DNA from: Heteronotia binoei
Taxonomy: Eukaryota
Direction of reading: 5' to 3'
Assembly: GCF_032191835.1 (NCBI RefSeq)
Contig: NC_083223.1
Location: forward strand, 90,706,001-90,770,000
Length of the DNA: 64,000 nucleotides
The position numbers and the translations under genes are program-made. The notes beneath the pieces were generated by a model. It was not told where the DNA came from, ran no database searches, and worked only from the letters and a program-made list of their open reading frames with translations. Positions within the stretch are counted from its first letter, which is position 1. Each line of letters begins with the position of its first letter. This document shows, in pieces, positions 39,870-52,508 of this stretch.

Positions 39870-40545
39870 AATTAGAAGCATTTTCTTGTTTGCAAAAAAC
39901 AATAGTATTTTTCAGGTTTAGGTACCTGAAAAATATTGGTATTTCCTGATACTCCTGAATCCCAATACTAGTATGGTATTTGTATTCGATAAATATTTGG
40001 GATTCCCAATTTTTTTCAGCTCCATTATAGTTATGGGGACTACTATAGTCAATGGTCCCAATATGGTACAATAGAGAATTGATCCGGGAGCATCTGGGGC
40101 TCACAGGGGGCTGTTTTTTGAGGTAGTGGCACCAAATTTGCAGAATTGTTGCTAGTGCCTCTCCTCAAAAAATCTTCCAAGTTTCAAAAAGATTAGACCT
40201 GGAAGTCTAATTCTATAGGCCCTCCAAGAAGGTGCCCCACACCATTGATTTCAGTGGAGGGAAAAAGTGTTTATAGGAATTGCAGTCCTTTTAAATGCTT
40301 TCTCCAAGTGATGCAAGCGGCACAACTCCAAAGATGTTTAAAGGGATTGCAATCCCTTTAAACACCTGTCCAAGTATGAGTTCACCTGGAAGGCATTTAA
40401 ATCCCTTTCACTTTGGCTATCCAGCTATTGGCCATTTCAGAAAGCCAAAAAATGGCCAAAACTCTATCTGGTTAAAATAATATCTGGAAAATACTGATAA
40501 GGTATTTTTAGATACTTTTTAAGCTTAGATTTAGTCCAACACACA
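39870..40545. mobile_element. Degenerate non-autonomous DNA element carrying a module shared with the 50400 MITE
   Basis: 40134-40236 aligns by eye in reverse complement to 50591-50694. Boundaries approximate. Confidence 0.55.
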
Positions 40546-40901
40546 CCCTTTTTTGCATTTTAAAATCCCGAACAACTTTTTAGCTTTGTGGTGGCTAAAC
40601 TACAAGTTTGCACCTTACAGGCGAATAATAAAAAAGAAATAAAAATAAACTTACATGATTCTTCCCACTTCAAAACATGTCATGTCACTTACCCAGTACA
40701 ATAATTGGATACGGTACAAGAAATAATGTCTGTCCCCATCACAATTTAAATATTTGATTTCATATTTAACCTTCACAACAAGATGAGTTCATTTTTCCCA
40801 TTATTCCAAGGAGACTTTTTTTTCCTTTGCAAATAGTAAGAAAATTCACAGGAAACAGAATTTGTGTCAAATCAATTCCATATAGCAGCATATGAACTGA
40901 G

Positions 40902-41129
<228 letters not shown>

Positions 41130-41798
41130 TTATTGTCTGTGATACCTTGGGAGAAAAATCTTGCAATTTTCATATTTTTAATTATATTTTCTAAATTAAT
41201 CAACAGTGAACTTTAAAGCTTCCCTAAGATCCAAATGGAAATTAATTCCTAAGTGCTTAAAAGTCAGGATAGTACAGTTAGTACCCTGACACTCAAATCT
41301 CTATATGCACTCATTGTTGAACCTCACTAGGTAGCCTTGAAAAGTCATCATTTGTATTATTGTATTTTTTTAATCCATATATTGTTTACATTTGTTGTAC
41401 TTCACCAAAAGCCCAGCTTAGGCCAGGATGGGGCGATTCAGTAAAACAAATAAATCATCATCATCGGTTATCCAGATGCCTTTATGCTTTCCATTGCAAG
41501 GCTAACAGCAGCTAAGAGGGAGAGTTAGTTTGAGAAAACTTTTGGAAAAAGTTTTAAATACCCTTTTTATAGAGACACTTCCCAACCTTGATCCTGCTTT
41601 CCTTTGGACTTGTTTTATTATAGTTAAGCTTTTTATAATTGTGGAATTTTTTTTTATAGTTAAGTGACATCTAAATGTCATCTAGTTTGTCCATGATTAT
41701 ATACAGCCTTAAAAACCTGCTTACTGCAGAGTTTAATCTCCCATTATTGCCCAATATGCCACTGTTTCTCCATATTTATTAAGACAGTATATGATCAG

Positions 41799-42099
41799 GG
41801 AGAACCCTGTGGCACAGAGTGGTAAAGCTGCAGTACTGCAGTTGAAGCTTTCTGCTCACGACCTGAGTTCAATCCTGACGGAAGCTGGATTCAAGTAGCC
41901 AGCTCAAGGTTGACTCAGCTTTCCATCATTCTGAGGTCGGTAAAATGAGTACTCAGCTTGCTGGGGGGAAAGTGTAGATTACTGGGGAAGGCAATGGCAA
42001 ACCACCCCGTAAAAAGTCTTCTGTGAAAACATCATAATGCAACATCACCTCAGAGTTAGAAATGACTGGTGCTTGAACAGGGGACTACCTTTACCTTTT
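41799..42099 (+). mobile_element. Sauria SINE (Squam1 type), full length
   Basis: tRNA-related head gtggcacagagtggtaaagctgcag...gagttcaatcc, core aaggttgactcagctttccatc...ggtcggtaaaatgag, (ACCTTT)n tail. TSD tatatgatcaggg at 41788-41800 and 42100-42112 (the last G's may belong to the SINE head). Confidence 0.9.
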
Positions 42100-42802
42100 T
42101 ATATGATCAGGGGCGTCAGTAAGGATACAACAGAAAATGACAAGTGTCATATGCATTCTATATTTATGTTAGAAAGGAAAGTTATTAAATGGTGTATTAA
42201 TCCCAAAAGTATCTTAAAATTTTCTTTAAAATGATATTAAGATGACACACTCTGGAGACAGTATCAAAAATATCACCTATACTCTCACAATTTTATGCAT
42301 TTGCAAAACCCAGCCTCTTTCCTTTTTCATGTCTGGTGGCAGTGCCCAGTGGTTAAGAACTTTTGTTGTGGAAAAATTTAAGGTTATATGGAAAACAGGA
42401 GAGAAAATCCCATGCCTCTCTGAAGTTTCTCTTTCAGGCTATTATTTATAAAAAGAGTTAAAATCTATTAGTAATAAACCTATTTATAACAGCACAATAT
42501 TGGAAGTGACCTTACAAAGAACTGCAGCTGTGGAAGGTATGGTTTATTAGATGTATGGAGAAAATGAAAGCATATAAGCAAATGTGGGAAAGGAAATCTT
42601 GACCAAGTTAAGTTTATTAAAATATGGCAACCATAAATTCAGTTTTGTAATACTAGGCAAAATTTAAAGAATGGAATTCTACACTGTATATAAATGGATA
42701 TATAAGTATGCAACATTAGATCAATGTTAATGTGAGAACAGCAAGTATATATATTTTAATGGAGGGACATTCAGCTGAGCTTCTTCATTTGATGTTCTAT
42801 AG

Positions 42803-43109
42803 CAGAGGTGGCCAAACTTGCTTAATGTAAGAGCCACATACAATAAACGTCAGATGTCTGAAAGCCACAAGACAAGGAAGGCAGACAGGCAAATAGATGG
42901 GGAGGGAGGAGGGAGGGAGAGGTGGAAAGAAAGCAACTTTAACTTTAAATGCATTCTCCAAGCCGCTGACTGGCTTGGCTTGGAGAAGTGATGTAAAGAG
43001 ACAAATGCCTTCTCCAAGCCAGCCAACAGGAGGGGGGGGGCTTTGTGAGCCACACAATGTGTGTGAAAGAGCCACATGTGGCTCCTGAGCTGCAGTTCAG
43101 TCACCCCTG
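42803..43109. mobile_element. hAT-type MITE (307 bp)
   Basis: TIRs cagaggtggccaaact / agttcagtcacccctg (12 of 16 match). Perfect 8-bp TSD TTCTATAG at 42795-42802 and 43110-43117. Confidence 0.88.
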
Positions 43110-44706
43110 TTCTATAGTGTAATTTTGAAACACTTGAAGTCTTTGTGAATATTTTCTGTCAGATATAATAAAAATAGAACCTAAGCATATTCAAATTTTC
43201 ATTATTCCAGGGTACTTATAAATGTGGGATTTTAGTTTTAGATTCTCATTAGCTCTGATTTTGTCACTTATAGGACAATCCTAAACATATACCTTCTGAG
43301 TCCAATAAAGTCAGTATGTTAGGGCTGCTTAGGACTGCACTGGTAGCCACTTTGCCTATGGATTGATACAAGTGCGTATGGATTTTTTTCCCTTTTGGCA
43401 ACTTCTTTAATATAGACTTTCAAGGAGTGTTCAAGAGCTTTTTGACCAAAGTTTGTTGACCAAACCAATTTTATCTTTCAGTTTTACCTTACTATACAAG
43501 CATGCCCATTTTACAATCCTACCAGTGCTTAAAGGAGTTAAGAACAATTATATCAGGAAGCTTCCTTAAAGGTTATTGGCATTCTGCTTATGAGGCTGGT
43601 AACACCTAAATGTGGGAGAGTTTAAAGAGTATTTGTGTGTTCTGTATGAGTTGCTTCTGAAAAGGAAACTCTTAGAAATTCAGGATTATATATGACTCTT
43701 TGGACTATGTTTTTAATGTGAGGCTTATTTCTGTACTGAAACTGAGAAATTGCATTTTGAAACTGTCAGGGAAAACTGATGATTTTGACAGCCATGAAGG
43801 GGACAGTTGGAGTTTTTGGCATTCCCAGAAACTGTAGGAGGTGTTTTGGGTTTATGGCATCTAAGAGACAGTTAAATATTCTTGTACAAAGGAAGAATGT
43901 GTTGTTAATCTTCTCTCATGTTCAAGTGTTTTTACATACTTGAAAATACAGAGCTTTTAAATTTATGCGAACTTATTTAGAATTACTGATTTTAATTCAA
44001 TGGTTTGAGATAACAACTGATATAGAGTGCATACAGATGGCTAAACCCACCACATTCTTCTAAACTGTACTTTATGCTGCCTGGCTTCAGTCAAAATATC
44101 AAATGGAAGTTTATTTTTCTGGAGCATGTTTTATGCCCTTATTTAAGCAAAATCCACACATATGCTGAAATTTATGTGATCACATAATGGCACTGCATAT
44201 GGTACCCTCCAGGCAGGGAACAAAACTATTCTACTTTCTCATAGTACCCATTTTCATGTTTTAATCAAACTTGGCACCTCAAGATTAACAAGCAAGAATG
44301 AAAGAAAAGGGGAAAAAAGCAGAATTCAAGGAGGTCTGTACTTCAAATCATTACCCAACAGGGACAAATATTTACTTTGTAATCCCTAATAAAGTGATCA
44401 AGTTGTGGCCTTGTACATGTGAATTTTAATCTGTGCCCCTCAAATCTGTTTTGTAATTGAATAGCCCCCCCCCATTCTGGAATTATATTACTGTATTAGC
44501 AAAAGCAAAAAATGTTTTGCTATAGCCACTTTCACTGGTCTTCGGCTCATTAGTACCAAAAGACAAACTGGACAGGACCAGTTTTCTAATATTGTCTATT
44601 AGGAAAAATATATCATATTTTTAATGGTAGAGATTTAGCTCAAAAAGGCAGCATAAAGTACTGGCACTTTTATGGTTTTAATCATTGCTGCAAGTTGTCC
44701 TTAGTC

Positions 44707-44781
<75 letters not shown>

Positions 44782-44846
44782 TTTAATTTGTATCCCGCCC
44801 TCCCTGCCGAAGCAGGCTCAGGGCAGCTCACAACACAGGTACTTCA
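44707..44846 (-). repeat. (AAT)n microsatellite, about 25 units (44707-44781), expanded from the tail of a SINE or L2 3' end
   Basis: Perfect AAT run adjoining ttgtatcccgccctccctgccgaagcaggctcagggcagctcacaa. Confidence 0.85.
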
Positions 44847-45669
44847 ATAATTAAAACAATACATATTATACGTACATACATATTAAAATCAAACATTTAT
44901 AAAATTAATCATCATTGTAATTAAAAAGCATTCTAAGATTAGATTAATATTAAAATCTTAAACTTTGGAAAATACATCTTTAAAATAATACGATTAATAT
45001 TTATTTACATCCTACAAATGCTAGGTACTGAAGAATCCTATAACACTGAAACATCATGAGTATAAAAACTATCACACAGTTTAGAAAAGCAACAATACAC
45101 CAAGATGAATACTAATCCAGAAAATCATATGTCTTCCTGAAAAGGAAGGACTTGATTAGCTTCCTTATTCTGAACCTTGTTGGTTAGCAGCATTACTCTT
45201 GGAAGGAAACTGCAAAACAGAATTCTACTGGATTTGTAAATAGTATGCACTTAATACTTGTATAGTTGCAAAAATAATTTCCCATCATGTAAATGCCAGA
45301 ATAGACTTAAATGTAATACAATATCTATTTAACTCTACACACGGGTTCAGATGAATTTTATTTTGCTATTGCTGCATTTTGTGAGGTTGTTGACAATAAT
45401 AACTGAAAGCCCTGACTTTTTGATGTTTTGGAGTGACTTGTGTGTATATGTGTGTATCTACAAGCAAAGAAGGAAAGCAATACATTTCCACTTCTAACAA
45501 GCAACAGTTGCTGACACTGGCACATTCTCTGTTGAGATTTAGGTGCCAGATAAAAATGTTCTAGTTTCCCAAGATATTTGGAAAGAGGTAATTGAGAGGA
45601 CTACTTTATTTTTTTCGTTGCTCTCTTGTTCTGGTTTTAGCATTGTTTATTCTGTCAATATTTTTATTT

Positions 45670-47069
45670 GTATTTAAAGAAGTATGCACAAAGACTATCC
45701 CTTGTAGCCAAAAGAAATGAAAAGCCTCAATGGATGACTAATGAAACCTTTAAAATTGCTAAAGAGAGGTGAGAAGCAGAAGTAAAAAGTTATAGAAACA
45801 GACTCAAAAGTCTAAATTTAGCATTCCAGCAACTCACACACAGAGATAAACAGAACTATAAACAAAACAAAGAAATAGAACAAGAAATAAAGAACAAGAG
45901 ATCTGTTCCACAAGATCCATAAAATCAAAGGGACGTTTAAAGCATGGTTCAGCATGCTGAAAGATAAAACACATTTACGGAACAGGCCAATATAAATAAA
46001 AAATGGGAACAATACACTGAAGTGCTATACAAAAGAAATGAAAGGATGACAGATTGCTTTGAAGGAAAGCCTACAGTTTTAGAAAATGAAAGGAAAGTTG
46101 CACTGAGAGCAATTAGGAAAAAACAAATAACCAGGAGTAGATGGGATGTCAATAGAGCTATTCCAAGCCACAGAAACAGAGTCCATCAAAATCTCACCAG
46201 GACTATGCCAACAAATATGGAAAACAAAACAATGGCCTATAGATTGAAAATGGTCAATTTACATTCCAATTCTGAAAAAGGAGACTTCAAAAACTGTAGC
46301 AACTATTGGACCATTGCACTAATTTCTCATGCAAGTAAAGCAGTGCTCAATATTACAACAAAGACTTTTACTTTGGTTTATAAAGCACATGAAATGCCAG
46401 ATGTTCAAGATGGATTCAGAAAACAAAGAGGAACTAGAGATCATTTTGCGAATTTATGTTGGTTACTGGAGCATTCAAGATAATTTCAGAAGAAAAAACA
46501 GCAAAGCTTTTGATTAGACCATGAAAAGCGATTGTTCGCTTTAAAACAAATGGGCATGCCACAGCATTTGATTGTTCTGATGTGCAACATATACTTTGGA
46601 CAAGAAGCTACTATTGCGACAGAACATGCAGAAATAGAATGGTAGCTAATCGGCAAAGGTGTCAAACAAAGATATATTTTATCTCCCTATCTTTTCAATT
46701 TATATGCAGAAACATCATAAAGAAAAATTGATTAGATCTAGATGAATGTGGAGTGAAAACTGAACGAACATGAACAATTTAAGATATGCAGATAGACACC
46801 ACTTTACTAGCAGAGAATAATGAAGACTTGAAATGACTCCTGATGAAGGTTAAAACAGAAAGTGCCAAAGCAGGATTACAGCTGAACATCAAGAAGACAA
46901 AAGTAATGACTACCAGGGAATTACACAGCTTTAAGGTTGACAGTGAAGAAACTGAAATTGTTCAAGATTTTCTGTTCCTTGGCTCCATCATCAACCAAAA
47001 GGGAGACTGCAACCAAGAAATCAGAAGGAGATAGAGACTGGGAAGGGCAGCCATGAAGGAGCTAGAAAA
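45670..47069 (+). mobile_element. Degenerate RTE-clade (BovB-related) LINE internal fragment in an FBXL4 intron, antisense to the gene
   Basis: Fragments KGDFKNCSNYWTIALISHASK, MPDVQDGFRKQRGTRDHFANLCWLLE, ESAKAGLQLNIKKTKVMTT, FLFLGSIINQKGDCNQEIRRR. Many stops and frameshifts, and no 3' end. Confidence 0.9.
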
Positions 47070-47847
47070 CATTTTATACATATTTAAAAATCCATATATA
47101 TTATTAATTCTTTCACATGAGCATTTCTAACACATATTGGAGATTTTCTATAATCACCATTAACCACAGTGCCATCCTGATTCCTAGGCATCAAATCGGT
47201 AACATACAGAAGCATCTCCAAAATTTCATAATGAATGTCACACTTTGACCAAAAAAAGAGAGAAGATTTTTCTGAAATTAACATACAGAATCATCATTTT
47301 AAGTACTGGGGGAACATTTTCTTTTGCAACAGAAAAGAAAATTTTATGCGTATTTTCTGACAGTGATTTAACTAAAATAACTTAATTTCTTTTTGAAGAA
47401 AAAATCCAGTGAAGATTTATTCTATGATTTGCAGAAAAATACCACTTGATTGTAAGTTTCACACTTTGTAAATATATCCTTTCACTCTCTCTAGGCCTTT
47501 TGAAAACTAGCAATAGCAATTGAAAGTTTTTCAAGAATCCATCACAAGTCCTTAAAAAAATAGCAGCAATGGGGTAAGTAATTAGACAAATCTGTCCCTT
47601 GAGTAACAATCTAGGAAATCAAAATATCTAGAATTAAGCTATTTTAGGGTCACATCCTGAGACACTTTGATCTAGTGAGAAGTATCCATGCATGTTTTGC
47701 ATATACTGCCAGGATAGAGAAGAAGAATCCTGAACCCAGTATTTACTCTCTTGAATACATCTTATATTATGCAACACAATTTCCATTTCTGCTACTGGTA
47801 CAATTAGCTGATTTAAAGAAGATTCAGATGTTTGCACAGTTGCTTAC

Positions 47848-48160
47848 CCAATATATCAAGCTGATGGAGATTACTACAGTTAGCAGCAAGTTCTTCTACA
47901 TCAGAGTCACACACAGACCTGTTGGCAGTCAGAAAGAGCTTTTGCAGGTTTGGGAGTTTACGTGCAAGTTTTGCAAAGCAGCCAGTGCTGCTCTGAAGCG
48001 TAGGACACCAGCCAAGATCAAGCTCTTCCAGCAGTGGACAACCAGAAGCTAGCGCTGCTATTCCATTTTCAGTAATGTTTTTACATCTCCATAAATCCAG
48101 TGTACGAAGCTTTTTGCATCTGGCTCCCATCATACTAGCTACTGTGTCATAGTCTTCAAT
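47848..48160 (-). CDS. FBXL4: FBXL4 penultimate coding exon (313 bp, LRR region)
   Basis: ttcttcacag|[105 protein letters not shown]|gtaagc. Confidence 0.97.
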
Positions 48161-48539
48161 CTGTGAAGAAAAATCACTCATTATTTGTACCCTCACCATG
48201 TATTACAAACTAAATATTTATTTTAAAATACTGCTTTCAGTTTCACATAACAGTTGCCATCTCAGATGTGAACATAAATACCACTGCTTCCCCAAACATA
48301 ACTGTTGCTAAAATCAGTTACCTGTGTGCCACATGCAGCTTGCAACCCCCTCTTCCTACTATACCCCTGTGATACTCAGAAACTCTATTCTGTATCCTGA
48401 CTGTGGCTTTCAGGTAATATCAGGTAATATCAGCTCTTCAGTAACACCGCACACTTTATTACGGCCAATGCCCTTGATCTACCGTATATTGTTGCTACAT
48501 CATTTAAGTGAGATTAAGTATGCATGCATGTATCCATCC

Positions 48540-49680
48540 ATTTAATTTATACCCTGCCCTCTCCCACGAGTGGGCTCAGGGTGGTTTACAGAATAAAAAC
48601 TCATCAGCAATAAATCAGTAAAAACATGATAAGAAACATAGATAGCAGAACAGATAATAACAACAATCATAACAGAAATCCATGCCTCATGCCAGGCAGC
48701 AAGGAGGTGCCCCAGAAGACTCCAGTGCTCAAATAATATACAAGAGTGGGCACTAGAAAAGGGGCCAGGAGCAGGGGAGGCCAAAATAATTGAATGTCCA
48801 CCACCTCAGTCAAAAGCCTGGCAGAACTACTCAGCTTTACAGGCCCTGTGAAGTACGTTCAGCAGAGTCCTGATCTTGAGTGGGAGCATGTTCTATCAGG
48901 CTGGGGCAAGGGCTGAAAAGGCCCTTGCCCAAGTTGAGGCTAAGCTGATGTCTCTCAGGCCAGGGACTACCAGTTGATGCTGATCAGAATAGCATAAAAC
49001 TCTCTGGGGCTCATATGGGGAGAGGCGGTCCTGCAGATATGATGGTCCCAGGCTGCTTAGGGCTTTAAAGGTCAAAAACCAGATCCCGTATTCAATCGAC
49101 AGTCAGAGTAGTTGGCGCAGCACTGGCTGAATGTGTGCCTCTGAAGGTGTCATCACCAGCAGTCATGCTGCCACATTCTGCACTAGCTGCAGTTTCCAGA
49201 TCAGACTCAAGGGTAGCCCTGCATAGAGCAATTTATAATAATCCAGCCTAGAAGTGACCATGCATGAATCACAATAGCTAAGTCCTGGCGGGGTGAGATA
49301 GGTAACCAGTTACCTGAGTAGCTGAAGATAATAAAAGGCTGATCAGGCAACTGAAATGACCTGGGCCTCCAGAGAAAGCAAAGAATCCAGTATCACCCTG
49401 AGATTCCTTACCCTCAGTGCTAGCATCAATGGAATCCCACCGAGGACTGGGACCCTGATTCCCGACCCGAGTCCCCAAAGATTCAGATACAGGACCTTAG
49501 TCTCATTGGCTTCAGCTGCTTCAACCATCCAGCCATGGTCCCTAATGCCCTGTCCAGGAAATCTGGGTCAGCATCCAGATGGTCATCCATCAACAGACAG
49601 AGCTGAGTATCATCTGCATACTGGTGACAACCCAGTTTGAACCATCAAACCAACTGGGCAAGGGGGCACATGTAGATCCA
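48540..49680 (-). mobile_element. L2-clade LINE 3' part, degenerate
   Basis: Minus-strand remnants CHQYADDTQL, VRNLRVILDSLLSLEAQV, LDYYKLLYAGLPLSLIWKLQLVQN. L2-type 3' end at 48540-48595. Confidence 0.8.
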
Positions 49681-50399
49681 CAACAAGAAAGAGGCAGGAT
49701 ACTGTTTTTGAATTCAATAAGGGGAAGAAAGCAGCAAAGAACCTACCAAATTTTATATTATATATTTTGAAACTAGTGCCAGGATTTTTTTTTAGATTAA
49801 TAAGCATTATTTCCAAACTATATATGTGTGTGTGTGTGATTTATATGTAAGAGGCCAACACAAATCAGTTTTCAACTATTAAGAAGACTCACTCTTCATA
49901 GCAATTAACAGCCACTGAAAAAGAATCAGTTCCAATGGTGGCTAGTGTAATGGCTGGAAAATAATGACACCACCATCCTTGGCTTGCAACCAAATGGAAA
50001 GGAAAATTTATTCTCTTTCAGGCATACATCTACAACTGGCAACTGAAGCAATGGGTGCTTTGTACAACCCTTCTAGGCCAGAAATATTCAGTATAGAACA
50101 GCGATTTTAGCAGTGAATATAAACTAATGACATCACAAATCTACATTCAGTGCAACTTGCCTTTCAATAGCAGCACAAGCACTATACAATCCAATCCCTG
50201 TCCTGGCTGCTTCCAACAAACTTTTACCAGAAAGGGAACAGGGTGTCACACAGCTCTGGTACCATTTCTTCTTAGTCACCAGTCACCACTTAATGAGCAT
50301 GGTCATCTACTGCTTTCTGCCCCACCTTACCTGCTGCCACTGATTTATTTATTTATTATGGGGTTTCTATCCCACCCTACCTTGCAAGTAGGCTCAGGG

Positions 50400-51082
50400 T
50401 AGGGTTGCCAAGTCCAATTCAAGAAATATCTGGGGACTTTGGGGATGGAGCCAGGAGACATTGTGGGCAGAGCCAGGAGCAAGGGTGTGACAAATATAAT
50501 TGAACTCCAAGGGAGTTCTGGCCATCACATTTAAAGGGATGGCACACCTTTTTAAATGCCTTCTTTCCATAGGAAATAATGAAAGATAGAGGAACCTTCT
50601 TTTGGGGCTCATAGAATTGCACCCCCTGGTCCAATCTTTTTGAAACTTGGGGGGTATTTTGGGGAGAGGCACTAGATGCTATACTGAAAATTTGTTTACT
50701 CTGCCTCAAAACACAGCCCCCCCCAGAGCCCCCAATACCTCCAGATCAATTCCCTATTATACCCTATGCGAATAGATCTCCACATAGGGAATAATGAAGT
50801 GCCAGCAGACATTTCCTTTCCTCCCCCCTCCCCCATTTCTGGCGACTCTGAAGTGAGGGACTGGCATCTCTACTCACGAGTTGCTGCCAACTTCTTCAAA
50901 GTAACACAGACACACCATCCCAAGAGGAAGCCTTTCCAATCAGAGACTGAAGCCTCCGGAGGTGGAAAGTCACATGGTGGCTGTGGGCGCGGGGTTCCCC
51001 CCGCCGGCCAGCTGACTGGGGGTGGGAAGGAGCCTGGGAAAGTGGAAGAACCCCCGCTGGGACCTGGGGATTGGCAAGCCTA
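50400..51082. mobile_element. Non-autonomous hAT-type element with TAGGGTTGCCAA TIRs (683 bp)
   Basis: TIRs tagggttgccaa / ttggcaagccta. Perfect 8-bp TSD GCTCAGGG at 50392-50399 and 51083-51090. Inserted into an older L2 or SINE tail. Confidence 0.9.
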
Positions 51083-51284
51083 GCTCAGGGTGACTTACAA
51101 CATGAGTCTGACAACATGAGTCATACATTAGATTAATTAATACAATTCATTAAAACATTAACAACATTAATTAATTAATTAAAATACTTGTTGGCCACTA
51201 AGTGAATAGTTTCTTATTTCAGTGCAGGCTGAACTCATGCCAGGGAGGGTAGTGATACACTCTAATTAAAATAAGTCAGTCATT

Positions 51285-51480
51285 CCCAGTACCCATGACA
51301 TAAATGGTGCCAGGTCGCTTGAAGCAGGGGAGCCAAAGTTCTTTGAAATCCACTGCCTCAGCCAAAGCCCTGGTGGAACAGCTCTGTTTTACAGGCCCTG
51401 TAGAATTGAAATAAATCCCACAGGACCCTGATTTCAATTGGGAGCATGTTCTGCCAGGTTGAGGCAAAACAGACATCTCA
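51285..51480 (-). mobile_element. L2 fragment
   Basis: Similar to 48790-48950 (gccctggtggaacagctctgttttacaggccctg..., tgggagcatgttctgccaggttg). Confidence 0.5.
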
Positions 51481-52163
51481 CAAACTTGGCACCAAACTTT
51501 GAAGTTTAAGGGCCAAATTTCATCTTGGGTTGCCGACATGTAGTTTCCCCATCATTTTAAAACAATACAGTCTTAGAGACTGCAACGTGTCCCAGACAAC
51601 CATGCAAAGGGGACAGCAGAGAGGAGTTGGCTTTTTAAACATTTCCACTCTGGTGTTATTTGCTAAAAAATATTACTTCCTGTAGGATGCTTTCATCATC
51701 CCTCTCATTCACCCACAGGTCTTTCAAAGCCATTAGCAGCCTCTGCAACTTCATTAAAAAACAAAACAAAAACAAAGACCGACGACAACAACATCCAATG
51801 TAGGGTAAAATACATGCAGGTCAGAGTAATGTATAGTTTGGCCCATGATCTTGGGACAGTGAAGTTCATCCAATGGTCACATTAATTAATATGCAAACAT
51901 GCAAACAGTGGTATCACTGTCCAGGGAAAAATTTACCAAACAGTACAACAATGAAGGCCATGACTAAATACATAAAAAATCCACCTTTCTATTAAATGAA
52001 ATGTATAGTTCTAACAACAATTTTTGTAGCAGTATCAAAGTTTAATGAGGGAAGTAGTTCATATATCTAGAAAAAAATCCCAAATAAATTCCATAGTAGA
52101 AAAGAAGTAGAAAAACAGGTTTCCTACCTGTAACTGATGATCTTCGAGTGGTCATCTGTGCAG

Positions 52164-52319
52164 TCACACTGATGGGATATAGGCGCCCGCGCCGATCTCG
52201 ATCGGTATTCTTGAAAGCTGCGGATTTCCGCGCCGCGGGCCCAGTGCGCATGCGCAGAAGCCCCACCGCGCATGCTCACAGGGACCGCAGCGGACATCCC
52301 GCCAGTTCCTTCTGACCGC
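52164..52319 (+). repeat. DIRS 3' (right) inverted terminal repeat. A unique right extension runs 52113-52163.
   Basis: See left ITR. Confidence 0.95.
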
Positions 52320-52368
52320 TGCATAAGCCCTAGAGATGGACCGGCAGCAGAGGGGAAGGAGGGCGGGT

Positions 52369-52463
52369 AGTGTGACTGCACAGATGACCACTCGAAGATC
52401 ATCAGTTACAGGTAGGAAACCTGTTTATCTTCTTCGTGGTCTCTGTGCATCACACTGATGGGA
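52369..52463. repeat. DIRS internal complementary region (ICR)
   Basis: 52369-52426 is a perfect 58-bp inverted complement of 52113-52170. 52427-52463 is a perfect 37-bp inverted complement of 58040-58076. Confidence 0.96.
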
Positions 52464-52508
52464 GATTAGCAAGCCAGAGTCCTACCTGGAGGAGGGTGCA
52501 ACGGTCCA

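Noticed and set aside
52113-52463. Recurring CACACTGATGGGA and CTGTGCA motifs resembling a repeat-spacer array beside an RT gene
   Set aside because: Fully explained by DIRS ITR/ICR geometry (inverted, three copies). No regular repeat-spacer periodicity, so not CRISPR- or retron-like.
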